DNA of 63,923 bases, counting the filler, from Olpidium bornovanus S191 (Eukaryota > Fungi > Olpidiomycota), in assembly GCA_017911155.1 (NCBI GenBank). It is 30 parts of 30 records of this genome, joined end to end, with 100 filler letters (N's around TTAATTAATTAA, not from the genome) between each part and the next. Parts side by side here need not be neighbours in the genome. Positions count along the whole stretch, not along the records: positions 25,601 to 27,481 come from JAEFCI010010825.1; positions 27,582 to 28,992 come from JAEFCI010009013.1; positions 29,093 to 30,147 come from JAEFCI010004099.1; positions 30,248 to 31,661 come from JAEFCI010009712.1; positions 31,762 to 34,260 come from JAEFCI010003841.1; positions 34,361 to 35,419 come from JAEFCI010009443.1; positions 35,520 to 37,006 come from JAEFCI010003055.1; positions 37,107 to 38,766 come from JAEFCI010000927.1; 22 more parts are not named here. One strand, 5' to 3'. The number at the start of each line of letters is the position of its first letter. The stretch's first letter is position 1. This document shows positions 25,601 through 38,226 of this stretch, piece by piece. The translations under genes were made by a program, and so were the position numbers. Below the pieces are notes generated by a model. It worked only from the letters and a program-made list of their open reading frames with translations, did no database searches and was not told where the DNA came from.

Positions 25601-26100
25601 CATGTAAGTCGACTTTGGGGATCCAATTCGTTAGATTTCTTTTTTAAACAGCCTCACAACCTTGTAAGGATCCGCCGACTTTTCACTCAGGATCCATTTT
25701 GAAAATCGAACTGCGGTCGTCCGGTTCTCGTCCTCAAGGTCAAATTCGGCTTGTAACTTTCCTTTGACAAACAGTCACTCGGTGGTCGATTCGGTTCCTT
25801 CCAGGACAACGTGAACGTGCGGTTCAGACTTGAGATCGACGGTTAACAAGAAAGTTTTTCGTTTTTCCGCTCCCATCAAATTCAACCGTCAAAGGTATAG
25901 ATCAAACTTCCTCAATCACGCCGAAATGTCTTTCGCGCGGAAGTAGTCATTTCTGGCCACGAACTCGCGCAACATCGTTTTGGTCTCATTCCGTCTATGC
26001 AGTTTCATCCAGTCGCAGCTGGGCTGCCAGGAGCAACTCCTCAACCCTGCGCACTGAACCGGGGTTTACCTCGATTCCTGGTCGGTTTGCCATGGAGGCC
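25601..26100 (-). mobile_element. Probable decayed LTR-retrotransposon gag fragment
   Basis: One frame reads NDYFRAKDISA*LRKFDLYL*RLNLMGAEKRKTFLLTV..EGTESTTE*LFVKGKLQAEFDLED with only isolated TGA stops. This resembles fungal Ty3/gypsy gag N-termini (F.g..vs.fL..f...W..K..L..eF). Confidence 0.45.
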
Positions 26101-28904
26101 GAAATCCCGGGCTTTAGTGGTTCGTCCTCGTCAGAGCCCGACGAAGGGCGCTCCCGCCAAGTCAAGTCGTTTCTATAAGTGCCCATATTTAGCCTTAGTG
26201 GCAGGAATGACGACGTGTCTTGCCGTCACCGGAGGTCGTCGCTCCTTGTTATCGTTAATACTACTCCGTGGTAAGCCTCGTCGTCCCCCGTCGTCGTCAT
26301 CTCCCATCGTCATCCCGTTGTCGCCCGTTGTCTCTTGTCATCGTCTGATATCGCCGTCTCTCGTCACCGTCATCGATCCACGTTGAGGTCTGCCCTCTCC
26401 GTTCGCCGTCGCCGCCTCTTTTTGCCGCTGGATCTCGTCGCTTCTAAGATCAAGTGCCGATCAAGTGCCCTTCTGCCCGGGAGCGCCAACTGTTGGGAAG
26501 TGAAGATAGCTCTCACGGCGGCGCAAAGCCTTTTTACTTGCAGGACGCTCTCCTCTCTGTATTCTTTTTACGCGTGAGGGTTTTTTCGTTTTTGGGCGTA
26601 TAGAGGAGTACGCGGGTATGCGTCGTCGCAGGAAATTATTTCTCGTACAGGGGGGGGGGGGGGAAGAAGAAGACGTCCGGGGAAATTTGCGACGCGTTCC
26701 GCTGGTCACGTTCCAGGGGCAAGACGAGGAGTGGATTTCTAGGCTAGTGTCTTAGAGTTTGGTCAACGAGTTTTGGAATTCCGCTACCAGGGATTCCCTT
26801 CTCTCCCTCGTGTCGTTTTGCTCTCCACAACAGCGGCAGAGGTTGCCAAGACAAAGCTCTGATGAGGAGCAGTTATTCTTGGAGCTTGCTCAGTGTTGGT
26901 CTCTGTCTGCCTAGCTAGCTTGAGAGTATTGACCGCAGTATTTATCATTGGAAATTTGTACGGATGCGTATGGCGGCCGGGGGAACACCGGTCGTACCGG
27001 CTCTGTGACCATCGACACCGGCGTGCACGCTGGTCGCGAGGTCATCAGCATCACACCAGAAACGAAGGCCGCAAGCTGAAGGGGGTTTCGTGGCTCGTGT
27101 GAGCTTTTAAAAAACCGGCACGGATGTTGAAGTCCTCATGCGAGCCTATGAAACCCCCAGGGATGCTGAAGTCCTGAAAAATGTTGTTGACGCCGAGACC
27201 TGCGGCGCTTATACGCATGCGGGATGGTAGAAGTCATTAACAGCACTGGTGTCAAACAACCGCTCGCAGCTCGTCGGAAAGCGCGGGAGCAACGGCATGA
27301 GGTAGGGAAAGGAACGACGCGCAGAAGGGCAAGAATTCTCCCGATCCGGCTGCGCTATTATTTCCTCATTGGGCCCATCCACCGACTTGGGACACAACGG
27401 GTTTCTCCCTCGCCTCCGGGTTCAAATATGACTATTATCATTTTTTTTTTTAAAAGAAAGTGGCGCAACGGCGAGGTGGGGNNNNNNNNNNNNNNNNNNN
27501 NNNNNNNNNNNNNNNNNNNNNNNNNTTAATTAATTAANNNNNNNNNNNNNNNNNNNNNNNNNNNNNNNNNNNNNNNNNNNNCCAATCGCGAGTCTGATGC
27601 CAAACCAAAGCAGGTCGGTTCCGATTAACCGTGCAGCCGGCAGGAACAGGTCGAGCAGGGTTCCAGGCGTCCGGGCCCACGCATAATAATAATCTACATG
27701 TCATTGTAAATGATAGTATATTTTATAATTTATACAGTAGTCTACTAAGATACGAATCGATAAAAGTCATCGCGCATCGATTCTGATTCGCAGGGATCGG
27801 GTATGGCCGTGTGAAATCTACGTGCACGACGTCGTCATTTGGGCTCGTGCTCTGGGAGTGCGGCTTGCGCGTTTGCTCTCCCAAGTTGGCAGGGTTCGCA
27901 AACCTTGCTAGGCGATAGGCACATCGAGGCGAGACCGGGCGAAGTCCCGCCACCGGAAGGGGGGCCCGTGCACACCCCGGAGATCGGAGCGGATGCGTAG
28001 CTGTCCCCGCGAATGGAGCCAGGTATACCGGGACGATGCCGACAACAGACAAGGCCGATGACCGACTTACCAAGAGGCGATCTCCGGCGAAGATGGCGAC
28101 GACCAGATGGGAATTGAAATCCCCGTCTGAGTCTCTGAGAGAAAGGCCGCACACGGGAGGAAACCCCCAAACTGTGCCTTCCCCCGGACGCAAATTGAAA
28201 CTTTTCCCGGGCACAGCCAACCGTTGATGAACAGTACTGAAGCCCGAAGCACGTCGGCGGCACTGGGGTTGCCGGCGTCGACACGCGTTCGCTCCCGGGG
28301 TGCGCACGACCTTGCGGGACCGGCTTCGCGCTCGCCACAAGATTGCGTTGGTTGACGTCAAATCAACTAACCTGGAAGGGCTCTGCCTCCGAAATCCCGG
28401 AGGCCCTCCTACTCCACGGATCTCCAGGGACGCGACTTTGCCTGCACGGGCCATTTTTCCGAAAGCAGGCCGAGTGAGCTCAGGCACCGCGGAGAAACCT
28501 CCGTCCTCCTGGTCGCAGCTTCCCGACGTTTCACTTCCGCTTCCCTGTTGTGTTTCTGATTTGCTTTGCATACAAGGGCCGGCGCAGTTGCCTTTTCTGG
28601 TAGCGCACCGATTGGCCTCAGCGGCATTTTCAAAATCTCAGCCTTTTTATCATTGGCCGAACCGTTCCGGTTGCACTGCGGGCTTCCTACGCTTTTGTTT
28701 GGTTTGCCTCGTTAAACGATTTTCGTGCTCGAACGCACTTTGAAAATCTGCAAGTGTCACCTAAATAATGCCCGCACGTCCGCCGCGTGGGCAGAGCGCG
28801 ACTGTATAAATTTCCCTTTGGCGCAAAGCGGGCCACGCGGCAGCTCGCGTGCACGTTCCGAGCGACGTTGCCGGGCTTTCGGGAGTGGGAAACACGCGAA
28901 AAGC

Positions 28905-28905
<1 letters not shown>

Positions 28906-28937
<32 letters not shown>

Positions 28938-28939
28938 AA

Positions 28940-28990
<51 letters not shown>
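28906..28990 (+). repeat. Poly-A tract at contig end
   Basis: About 85 nt of nearly pure A. Confidence 0.9.
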
Positions 28991-28992
<2 letters not shown>

Positions 28993-29577
28993 NNNNNNNN
29001 NNNNNNNNNNNNNNNNNNNNNNNNNNNNNNNNNNNNTTAATTAATTAANNNNNNNNNNNNNNNNNNNNNNNNNNNNNNNNNNNNNNNNNNNNGCGTCGGT
29101 GCCTTCTACCGAAAGAGAAAAAAGCTTTCTCCGCCACGACGCAAAGCGGGGTTTCTCTCGCTCAGAGAAACGCGGGAGTGAAGCGCGGACGCGAGCTGTC
29201 ACTCGGGCTCATGGGATTGGAATGGCGCGTGCCAAGAGGCCATGGCTGTGTCGACGCGCGTTTTCCCGCTTCTCTCTTTCTCTTACCCCTCTCTGCCGGA
29301 CCAAACCCTCCGCTCTCCGCGCTCTCCCTCTCCACCCGGCCGTCTCCCGCTGCGCGGCCGCTCCCTGCGCACCGCAAGGCTGCTCTTGCCGTTGCAGCGC
29401 GGCGCCCTTGGCCGCTCCCCCTCTCTCCCTCGCGAAAAGGCGCCCCCCGGTCACCCCGACCGGCGTGCAAAGAGAGCTTGACCCCCACAGGTTTGCTTTG
29501 CCAGCCCCGCCGCTTTTTCTTCCGCCCGTGCGCACCCGGCGCTGGCGTGCGGCTGACCCGCCCGCGTCCCCTCCCCC

Positions 29578-29622
29578 CTCCGCCCCTCCTCCCTCCGCCC
29601 CTCCTCCCTCCGCCCCTCCTCG
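29578..29622 (+). repeat. 15-bp tandem repeat (CTCCGCCCCTCCTCC) x3
   Basis: Read directly. Confidence 0.8.
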
Positions 29623-30247
29623 CTCCCGCTTTCGCTCCCTGCACAGGCACGTCCACAGTGCGGAAACCAAAGTGGTGAACGAAACCCGCCTGCGCCGCCC
29701 GCCCCGCTGTCGGCACCCGCCGCGGGGAGAAGGAAGGGCCGTCGGGCACAGACACCCCGCGAGGGAAACCGGAAGTTCGCCGCGCCGAACGGCCCCCAGC
29801 TTGCGAGCGCCTCAGCGGGGTGTACCGAGGCCGTTTTCTTCTTTCTCCCTGCCGTTCGGGTTCCCGGCAAAAACAAGTGCCAGCCGCGGCGCAGAGAAGC
29901 GTGGGGTCCTGTAAAAAGCGCTGCTTTTCCGCCCCCCGTTCGCTGTCACGTTTACCATAGTTTGCACGGTAAGCTAAACGGTCTTTAGCATGCGTCGCCG
30001 TCGGTTGCAGCGTGTTGTTCACTCCGCATGACCGTTTTGCTGATCTTGCACGCGCGCTTGACGCTGTCGTGGCCTTGGCGCCCCCCAGCAACTCGAACAC
30101 TTATTCGGTTGCGCCTTTGTTTATTTCTACACTCTCTTCGCTTTCAANNNNNNNNNNNNNNNNNNNNNNNNNNNNNNNNNNNNNNNNNNNNTTAATTAAT
30201 TAANNNNNNNNNNNNNNNNNNNNNNNNNNNNNNNNNNNNNNNNNNNN

Positions 30248-30951
30248 CATGACCGCCCGGAACAGCGACTTGAGCGCGGCCTTGATCTCTTCTTGGCACG
30301 CGGACTGCGAGACGGCCCGCTCGAGGGCAGCCGCAGTCTCCAACCCCGTGACGGCCCTGAATTCCGGGTACTCGGAAAGATGCGCAACGATCTCCGATTC
30401 CGGGCGAAAACCGCAAAGGGCCTCAAAGTCGGTGAGGGCAATTACCATCTCCGGCTTGTGATTGTCATCCTGCGCCGCGTGGATCGCACCGATTTTCCGC
30501 ATTCTCGACGTCAAAAGCCGCTGTTCAAAATGCTACAGAACCGCGCGGTGGCCGATTACCTTATAAATGTCCGGCTTCTCAGCGTGGAGCGTCTTCGCCA
30601 AAGCCTTGTCAGGATGGGCCTGCACGCTCAGCGCCTTGCGGACGCTGAGGACTTTGAAGAGGAACGGCAACACGTCGCCGTACGCGTCGTGGATCTTATT
30701 TCCGAGCGTCTGGCGGTTAAGAATGGTGGAAAGGAGTGCTTTGTCCGGGAAGACAAGCGACGGTCCGGAGGGGTGGGACCCCATCCAGAGCTTTCGCGCC
30801 CCGCAGGCGGTAAGGAAGAGAGAATTCAGCAACGTGCGTTTAGCCGACGACTAGCCGGCCCGAACGCCACCGGGCGACAGGGTTACGGTCTACGTTGCGA
30901 CGGCCCACCGCCCGAACCCGCCCACTGTGCCGCCAAGCGGCGAAACGGCAG

Positions 30952-30997
<46 letters not shown>

Positions 30998-31186
30998 CGT
31001 TCAGGTCTCGGCCTCGGGAGTGCGCACCTCGGCGTAGGGGGTCTCCGGGTCGACTCGGGTGCCCTCGGTGGTCGCTGCGTACTGCGCCACGCGCTTCCCG
31101 TCTTTCCCGAGCGAGCCCCAGTCGTACTCCTTCGTCGGGCACGCGAGCCTCCGCACCTCTGGGGCGTCTGCCGCCGTCATCGTCAT
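30248..31186 (-). CDS. PMI40: Mannose-6-phosphate isomerase (type I PMI), 3'-truncated
   Basis: Exons 31186-31028, 30790-30560, 30469-30248. Motifs YDWG, [61 protein letters not shown]. Confidence 0.96.
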
Positions 31187-31845
31187 CTCTCCGGTCACTC
31201 GGCGCGACGCCTTCCCTGCTTCCTTGGTGCGCGGAGCGGGCGGGTGGATGGAGGGGCGGAGGATGGGGTGTGGTCTGAGCGCGGTTTGAGTGCTTCTTTT
31301 TATTTTATTTCATTTTGTCTTTATAATTAATTGGCGGGAATTCCGTTGAGTGAACGCGGCCACGCAAAATGCACATTCATGCCAACATCGGGTCTACCGT
31401 GTTCCGTTCACACTCGCAAAATTCTGGTGATCAACGCGCAGTTCCGGACGGGCAACTTTATCAGCCCCCTGTGGCTCAATGACAAGCAACGGCGAACGCA
31501 GAGCGTACATAAGTACCAAACGTGAAACGATGTCTTTTTACTGGCGTCACAGATGGATATGGCCCTGCAACGTTTTCAATGGTGTCACGAGCGCTTTCCA
31601 CTCATCAACAAAGAACATTTAAGGGCCCGGTTGATCTCTTTGTCGCCAGAGCAGCCGCATGNNNNNNNNNNNNNNNNNNNNNNNNNNNNNNNNNNNNNNN
31701 NNNNNTTAATTAATTAANNNNNNNNNNNNNNNNNNNNNNNNNNNNNNNNNNNNNNNNNNNNCCAGCAAGTGCTGCTCAGGTAGGGCCCCCAAAGAAGGAA
31801 AGACATGCGCTAGGGTGGTAACGACTCCACAGGTCAGTGCCACCA

Positions 31846-31883
<38 letters not shown>

Positions 31884-32487
31884 AGAAAACCTCGCGGCAT
31901 CCATCGCCGTCGATCGTTAATCAGATTAGCGGATGTTACAGTATATTTAAGAAAACAAGATATTTTTAGAAAAAAAAAAGAAGAAAAAGTGGGGGGGAGA
32001 GAAAGTGATGCAATGCGACCTGGCGGCAACGACGTTATAATGACGAGTGACACTTTTCTTTTTTGGGGGGGGGGGGGGTTGGCGGGCTAGGTAAACTGCC
32101 GCCGTGAATAAAAAAGAAAAAAAAAAAGAAAAAACCGCGGAAAAATTTGAAGGCAGATATGCGGAATATTAGACAGACAAAAAACATTTAAGAAAAAAAA
32201 ACCAGACGAGAAGTGAAAAAAAAAAACGCGATCCGCACGCCCTCGCGCCACCACACCACGACACACACGCTCACAAAACTGCTTGGTTAAAAACGCGTTC
32301 TCTCGGCGGGGCGCATCTTTGAGAGCGCGCGCGCGCCTGAAGAGGGGGTGCGTGTGGGGGGGGGAGGGGGGGAAGGGGGCGGGGAAGGGGAAGTGAAAGG
32401 CCGTCACCAACAAATCTTTGGTTTACGGCCCACACCACCTCTCCCCCACCCCGTCTTACACCCCCACCCCTCCCCTCGGATTTCTCC

Positions 32488-34260
32488 CTACGCGTCCTTG
32501 TACCTGAGCAGCAGGTTGCCGCGGGTGGTCTTCGCCATCCTGATCTTGTAACTCAGCTCCGGCTGTTTCGTCACCTTGAGCAGGGCGGCCATGGCGTCCG
32601 TGTCCTCGCTCAGGCTGAGCGGGAGGCAGCCGCCGCCCACGACGTAGTCGTTGAGCGCCTGGCGCCGGAACGCCGCGGTCGTCGACAGCACCCTGACGGC
32701 GTCCACGACGGCGGCCTCGCTCTCCGCGGCGGCCGGGAGGATGCCGCCCGTGGCCGTCGTGAGCGGCTTGGGCTCCGCCTCCGACCGCGGCACCGCCGCC
32801 TCGCCCGTCGCCTGCAGCGCCGCCGCCGCCTCGCGCCGCACGCGCTCCGACACGTCCCCCAGCACGAGGTCGCTCAGCGCCCGGACCATGTCTCGGTTCC
32901 CCGCTACGCAGCCCAGCTTCGCCGCCGCCCGGCACGCCTCGGCCCGCACCGCCGGGTGGTGCTCGTGCGTCGCGTGGAACAGGAGCGCGTCGGTGACGTG
33001 GCGGGAGGTGCACTTCGAGCGGCCCAGCGCTGTCGCGGGGATTGCAAAACGGGGAAAGCGTGAGAGACCCCCACCAGGGAAGGGAGAGGAGGGACGGAGG
33101 GGGCGAAAAAATATGGTGCGGAACCGAACGGTACGCCGTCCGCGCGCACGCGTGCCCCGCTCGCGAGTTTCTCGCTGGGCCGTCGTCCTTTTCCGCGGCG
33201 TCGCTTTTTCTCCCTCACCTTTCAGCGCGTACGCTCTGACGCGCGTGTCGCAGTCCTCGAGAGAATCCAGCAGGGCGTCGACCACCTGCTTCTGCGGGGT
33301 CCCCAGCACGCACGCCACCTTGCACGCCTCCACTCGCACGACGACGTAGCTGTCGCGGAAGCAGTCCAGGTACGCGGGGAGGGCCGACTTCGCCAGCGTC
33401 TTGAGGCACGCCAGCGTGCGGAGGGCGTCGACCCGGCGAACGGGGTGGTCGCCCTTGATCAGCTCGACTGCCCAGAGGAAGATCGACCGCCCGGCGTCGA
33501 GCTTCGTCAGCTCCGCGCCGGCGGACGCGCGAACGTCGTGGTTCCAGTCGTTCCAAAACACGCCCAGCAGCTTCCGGAGCACCGAGGTGCACAGGTCCGT
33601 GGTCTCCCTCGCCGACGCCTCCGCCGGGTCTTCTTCCGCCGCCGGCGGCGGTCGCGCTGGCTCCTTCGCGGCGGCGAGCGCGCCGCCGCGGGCCGCCTCC
33701 GGGCGCGCCGGGGGCGGCGTCGCCGCAGCCGCCGCCGACGCTTCCGGACACCCCGCCGCCGACACCTCCTCCGGCCAGGGCTGGTCGGGCGGCAGGAGGC
33801 CAAGGATCCTGCCCGCGCACTCGGCGCACCCGTGCCGCACTCTCCAGCTGCTGGACGAGAGGCCGTTCGCCACGGCTCGCAGCACAAAACGCGCGTCGTC
33901 TTCGGCCGCCAGCTGCCGCGGGCGCCGGAGCTCCGCAAAGGCCGGGCCCTCGGCGTTGCGCAGGCGCCTCTCCGCGGCCGCGGCCGCCGCGAAGCCGACG
34001 AGCGTCTCGACCGCCGCGGCGCGGCGGCGCTTCTGCTCGGCGAACTCGGTCTTCCCCTCGTCCGTGGACAGCTCCCCGCGCTCCAGACAGTCGTCAAAAC
34101 CCTCGCGGAGGAGCTGGGCGAGCACTCCCTCCGCCCGCGCGTAGCCGAGCTTGACGAGCCCGCACGCCGCCATCCACCTCAGCCGGGCGCCCGCCGCCTC
34201 TGATTCCTGCGGCACTTCGCCGTCCCGGTCCGCTGCCTGACAAGCTACTGCGTCCATGTA
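32488..34260 (-). CDS. HEATR4: HEAT-repeat protein, HEATR4-like, 5'-truncated
   Basis: FWNDWNHDVRASAG, RVDALRTL, LPAYLDCFRDSYVVVRVEAC, VRAYALK-ALG..VTDALLFHATHEHHPAVRAEACRA follow the order and spacing of HEATR4 repeats as I remember them. One 189-nt GT-AG intron at 33218-33030. Confidence 0.72.
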   Translation of the reverse strand, partial: YMDAVACQAADRDGEVPQESEAAGARLRWMAACGLVKLGYARAEGVLAQLLREGFDDCLERGELSTDEGKTEFAEQKRRRAAAVETLVGFAAAAAAERRLRNAEGPAFAELRRPRQLAAEDDARFVLRAVANGLSSSSWRVRHGCAECAGRILGLLPPDQPWPEEVSAAGCPEASAAAAATPPPARPEAARGGALAAAKEPARPPPAAEEDPAEASARETTDLCTSVLRKLLGVFWNDWNHDVRASAGAELTKLDAGRSIFLWAVELIKGDHPVRRVDALRTLACLKTLAKSALPAYLDCFRDSYVVVRVEACKVACVLGTPQKQVVDALLDSLEDCDTRVRAYALKGEGEKATPRKRTTAQRETRERGTRARGRRTVRFRTIFFRPLRPSSPFPGGGLSRFPRFAIPATALGRSKCTSRHVTDALLFHATHEHHPAVRAEACRAAAKLGCVAGNRDMVRALSDLVLGDVSERVRREAAAALQATGEAAVPRSEAEPKPLTTATGGILPAAAESEAAVVDAVRVLSTTAAFRRQALNDYVVGGGCLPLSLSEDTDAMAALLKVTKQPELSYKIRMAKTTRGNLLLRYKDA

Positions 34261-35355
34261 NNNNNNNNNNNNNNNNNNNNNNNNNNNNNNNNNNNNNNNN
34301 NNNNTTAATTAATTAANNNNNNNNNNNNNNNNNNNNNNNNNNNNNNNNNNNNNNNNNNNNCATGTCAGCAACACTCGCCGTCGCGCCTCGCCTCCGCGTG
34401 CCTACAATCAGGACCGAGGCCAAACAGATGCCTTGAGAACGTCCAAGGGACTTCCGACCAGCAAGCCCGCTACACCACTTTTTTTTTACAGAAGCAACCG
34501 GCGCGCGATCGCGGCAAGGCCGCTAACGAGTAAGCAGGACGGCAGACAAAGGATAGTTTTCCCCGGGAAAGAGAAACGGGCGGCGAAAGGCCGCTCGGGC
34601 GCTTGCCTTATATACCCCGCTACGAAATCCTTTGCGCTTTCGGCTGTAAAACAGAGAGCAAACGGGAGAAGGCCAGGCTTGCGTCGTGAGCGCAATACGC
34701 GGCGTCGCGCCTTGGCAGCCAGCATGCCAGGAGAAACCAGCGATTGCGACCGCAAACCGATCTTTCGGCGGCCCAGGTGCTCCCCGGAGATCGTTCAGAC
34801 CCACGCACCCATTCCCGCAGAAGTGCCGCTGTGGCCTCCCTCGTACTCTCGGCCTCGACCCCAACAGGCGAAAAGAAAAGCTGACGGCGGACGGCACAAA
34901 TCCGAGGTAGTGCAACGGGCTCGCGGGCGTCGGCCGAGGGTGGCACGTTGGGCCGGCCGGGGAGGGTGGTGGTTTGGCGACTGGCGGGACCGGTGCTTTT
35001 TTATATTACTTTTCTTTTTTTTTTTTTTTTTACTTTTTTCTATTCCCGCGAGGCGATCAAAGGCTCTCCTGCCATTCTCTCCTTCCCCGTCTGCCAGGAT
35101 ACTGCCGAGCGTCCACCGGGCCGTCTTCCGGCGGTGTCGGTTCGTGCGGCCGCTTGCTCTGCTGCTGGCCGGCGGCGGGGGTCTGCGCGTGTTTTTTTTT
35201 TTTTTTTTTTTTTTGTTTGTTTCCTTCTGGTGTTTACGCGTCCGCGCCGCGGACCGCTTATTTCGCCAGCAGTCACGTGACATTGCCCAACCCATCCGGC
35301 GCTCGCGGACGTCCGTCCAATCCAGACACCCGCAGCTGCTTTCCCGACCGAGAAG

Positions 35356-35399
<44 letters not shown>

Positions 35400-35519
35400 C
35401 CCCCCCCCCCCCCCGGAAANNNNNNNNNNNNNNNNNNNNNNNNNNNNNNNNNNNNNNNNNNNNTTAATTAATTAANNNNNNNNNNNNNNNNNNNNNNNNN
35501 NNNNNNNNNNNNNNNNNNN

Positions 35520-36621
35520 CATGCACGAGGGTCCTGCCCTTATTGAACCTAGCAGCGGCGTCGCGCGCGAGGCGGTACCTTGAGCTGCGTTCGCGCTGGG
35601 TACTGCCGACTCTGGGCAGCGTGTCGACGCTGACCACGACACCGTCCAGCGTACTGTTCTGCGCATAATCGGACGGCAGGGAGGAGAAACCGAGCAGGCC
35701 TGATTGCGTGGTCGTCGCGTAGATGTTGAGACTCTGGGCGGACGTCCCCTTGCGCAAAGCGGCCTTCATATTTTGCGTGGCTTCCTCGTCATCTCCGCCG
35801 ATTTGTGCCCATTCTGCGCCCGGGCGGTGACGTGTTCGGCGCGCGAATTCCATCAGGAAGTGCAGAGCGGAGAAATAAAATCGGCCCGACCATAACGGTC
35901 AGCAGTTCTTTTTTACGAAGCGCCAGGTCGACAAATGAAAAGGCGGAGGTACGAACCGCTGTTCACGGTGAAATCCAAACCGGCGAGGTTGAAACGGACA
36001 TTCGCGGCCGCGAAGTCCCTGTTCAGCACGCCGATCTGGTTTATGACCACTTGTTCTGTCACGTTACCGTTCTGCAATCCTGGCGGAACCACAAGAAAGC
36101 GGAAGAAGAAATTGCATAATCCGACGACGAGTAAGCGCAAATCGCATTTTTTTTTCTTTTTTTCTTTGCGCTAATCGGAAGAAAAACGCGCGCTCTGCTG
36201 CGTCAAGCAACAAGAAAAACGAGGCGCATTTGCGTTGAAGGGGCGGCGGGAAGGTTAGGGCACCTGAGCCAGGATTCACGACGTGGAAGTAGACGTCCAC
36301 GGTTGACGGAAGTGGACGAGCGGGAGGAGCGGAGCCCGCGCCCCTTTCCGCCTTCGTCGTCGGGGCCCCGGCCGGGGTCTCGGCGGAGAGGAGCGCGGCG
36401 ATCGCGGCCTCGTCGGCCTTGAGCTGTCCCGGAGTGACGGGCCTCGTGCCGCAGCCTCTCGGTTGCAGTTCGTGCCCGAGGGCGGCTGCGGCCGCGGTAA
36501 CGAGGCACATTGCAAGGAGGAGCAGGCGAACGAAAGCGAAACGGGAGGGTGACGTGCGCGGCTGCCTCCGCGGCGGGCGGCGGGCAACACGGCGCGACGC
36601 GTGTCGGCGGGGAAACTCCAT
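35520..36621 (-). CDS. Secreted metalloprotease, M43B (pappalysin/ulilysin-like), 3'-truncated just inside HExxH
   Basis: Hydrophobic signal LLLLAMCLVTAAAA, Cys-switch-like RGCGT, VDVYFHVV, QIGVLNRDF, MKAALRKG..LNIY, GLLGFSSLP, DGVVV, FNKGRTLVH at the contig end. Exons 36621-36264, 36079-35957, 35813 onward. Confidence 0.87.
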
Positions 36622-37164
36622 TATAACGGGGGCGGAAGGGGCACGGCGATTGGGCGTAGAAGGGGGTGAGCGTGGCGGTCGGGGCGTACGGTGGGCGGGC
36701 GGGGCGTACGGGGGTCGGGCGCAGGGGCGTACCGGAAAAGTGGGGGGTGGGGAGTGGAAGGGAGGTGAGGGGGAAAGGGGGAAAGTGGCGGTGGGAGGGA
36801 TAAGAGGGGGAAGGGGGGGGGGGGGGGGGGGGGGGGAGGGGGGGGGAGGGGGGGGGGGGGGGGCGGGGGCGGGAACGCGTTCCGTTCATGAATCGTTTTG
36901 GTTGCCGGTGTGGTGGGGGGGCGTCGACGGACAACAAAAACAACAACAAAAAAGCAAAAAAAAAAAACAAAACAAACGCGTGCTTACGCGCCCGCGCGCC
37001 CGCGCANNNNNNNNNNNNNNNNNNNNNNNNNNNNNNNNNNNNNNNNNNNNTTAATTAATTAANNNNNNNNNNNNNNNNNNNNNNNNNNNNNNNNNNNNNN
37101 NNNNNNAAGGAGGGTGACTTTCTCATTTTCACCAGCTCACGCCTGTGCGCTACGGTTTTGAGTG

Positions 37165-37206
<42 letters not shown>

Positions 37207-38226
37207 TAAACTGTCTGCAGGGGGCCCGGGCAGCGAGAACGATGTTTCTGACTTCTTTTCTCGTCTGTAGAAAATTCCTTGCTGTGGGGTGAGAAAAAGA
37301 GAAACAATTGTCGCGGCTGCTGCCGAAGCCGAGCATGCGGTCTCTGCTGAACCTGGACCGTGCCGGCCCGTCGTCGCGTCGGTTGCCTTAAGTGTTTTTT
37401 TGGCAGAAAAGTACTGGGTTTGGGGTGTCTTTACCGCGTGCGCGCGCCCATCGTGACAAAAAAGACTGGCGCGCGTTATGCCCGGAGAAATCGCCGCAAG
37501 GCAAAACAAATGCGAGTAAACTGGCGCTACATTTCGAGAGGGTAGAAACGAGACAAAATGCGAACGCATTTTCCCGTTCCTTTCCGCCAAGATGGTCCTC
37601 CGGCACGTTGAACCTCAGGGGCGCGCGCGCGGATCGAGTTGGCCGTGGCTGTGGGGGTGTTCCGCCGCAAGCACCTGACTGGCGCGCTCGAACTGATTAT
37701 GGTTAGTGTCAACTAAACTACCTAAGGCGCCTGGTTTGCCGATGTCCCGAGATTGCACATGTGGCTGAGAAAAGGGCCAGGGACTGCGATTTTGTGCGTT
37801 TCTCAACCTCCCCGCCAAAAAAGAAAGAGAAAGAGGAGCCACAAATCTGTGCCATCATAACCCCACATTGGCGGTCCTACGTCTTCAGAGTAGTCAAAAC
37901 TGGAATTCGAGATGATCTCTGCGAAAAAAGCTGGTTTTGCAAGGTTTCTTTTTATGCCACCGCAGAACATGCCTGGGTTGTCCATGTTCTTCCCCTTGAT
38001 AATCGATCTGATCGCCGAATCTCGCGGCGCTCGGTTTCCGTTCATAAACATAAATGTATCCCTATGCGCCTGTGTAAATTTTCCGTTTCCGAGACATGCT
38101 TCTTATGTAAGCTATCGTTTCAATGCCTCTTCTCCGTCTCACTGCTTCGTAATCACATGTTGGCAAATCTGCTTTTTTTTTTCCGGAACCAGGGCTGGGT
38201 GTAATATTTGTGAACAGACACTCCCC

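Noticed and set aside
26775-26832. TGGTAGCGG (tRNA-iMet 3'-end-like PBS) upstream of the gag remnant, and a nearby TGTTG/CAACA
   Set aside because: The PBS is not preceded by an LTR-terminal CA and no second LTR is available; too weak to call.
27723-28571. 282-aa minus-strand ORF
   Set aside because: No recognisable domain, no convincing splice structure, and competing ORFs in other frames.
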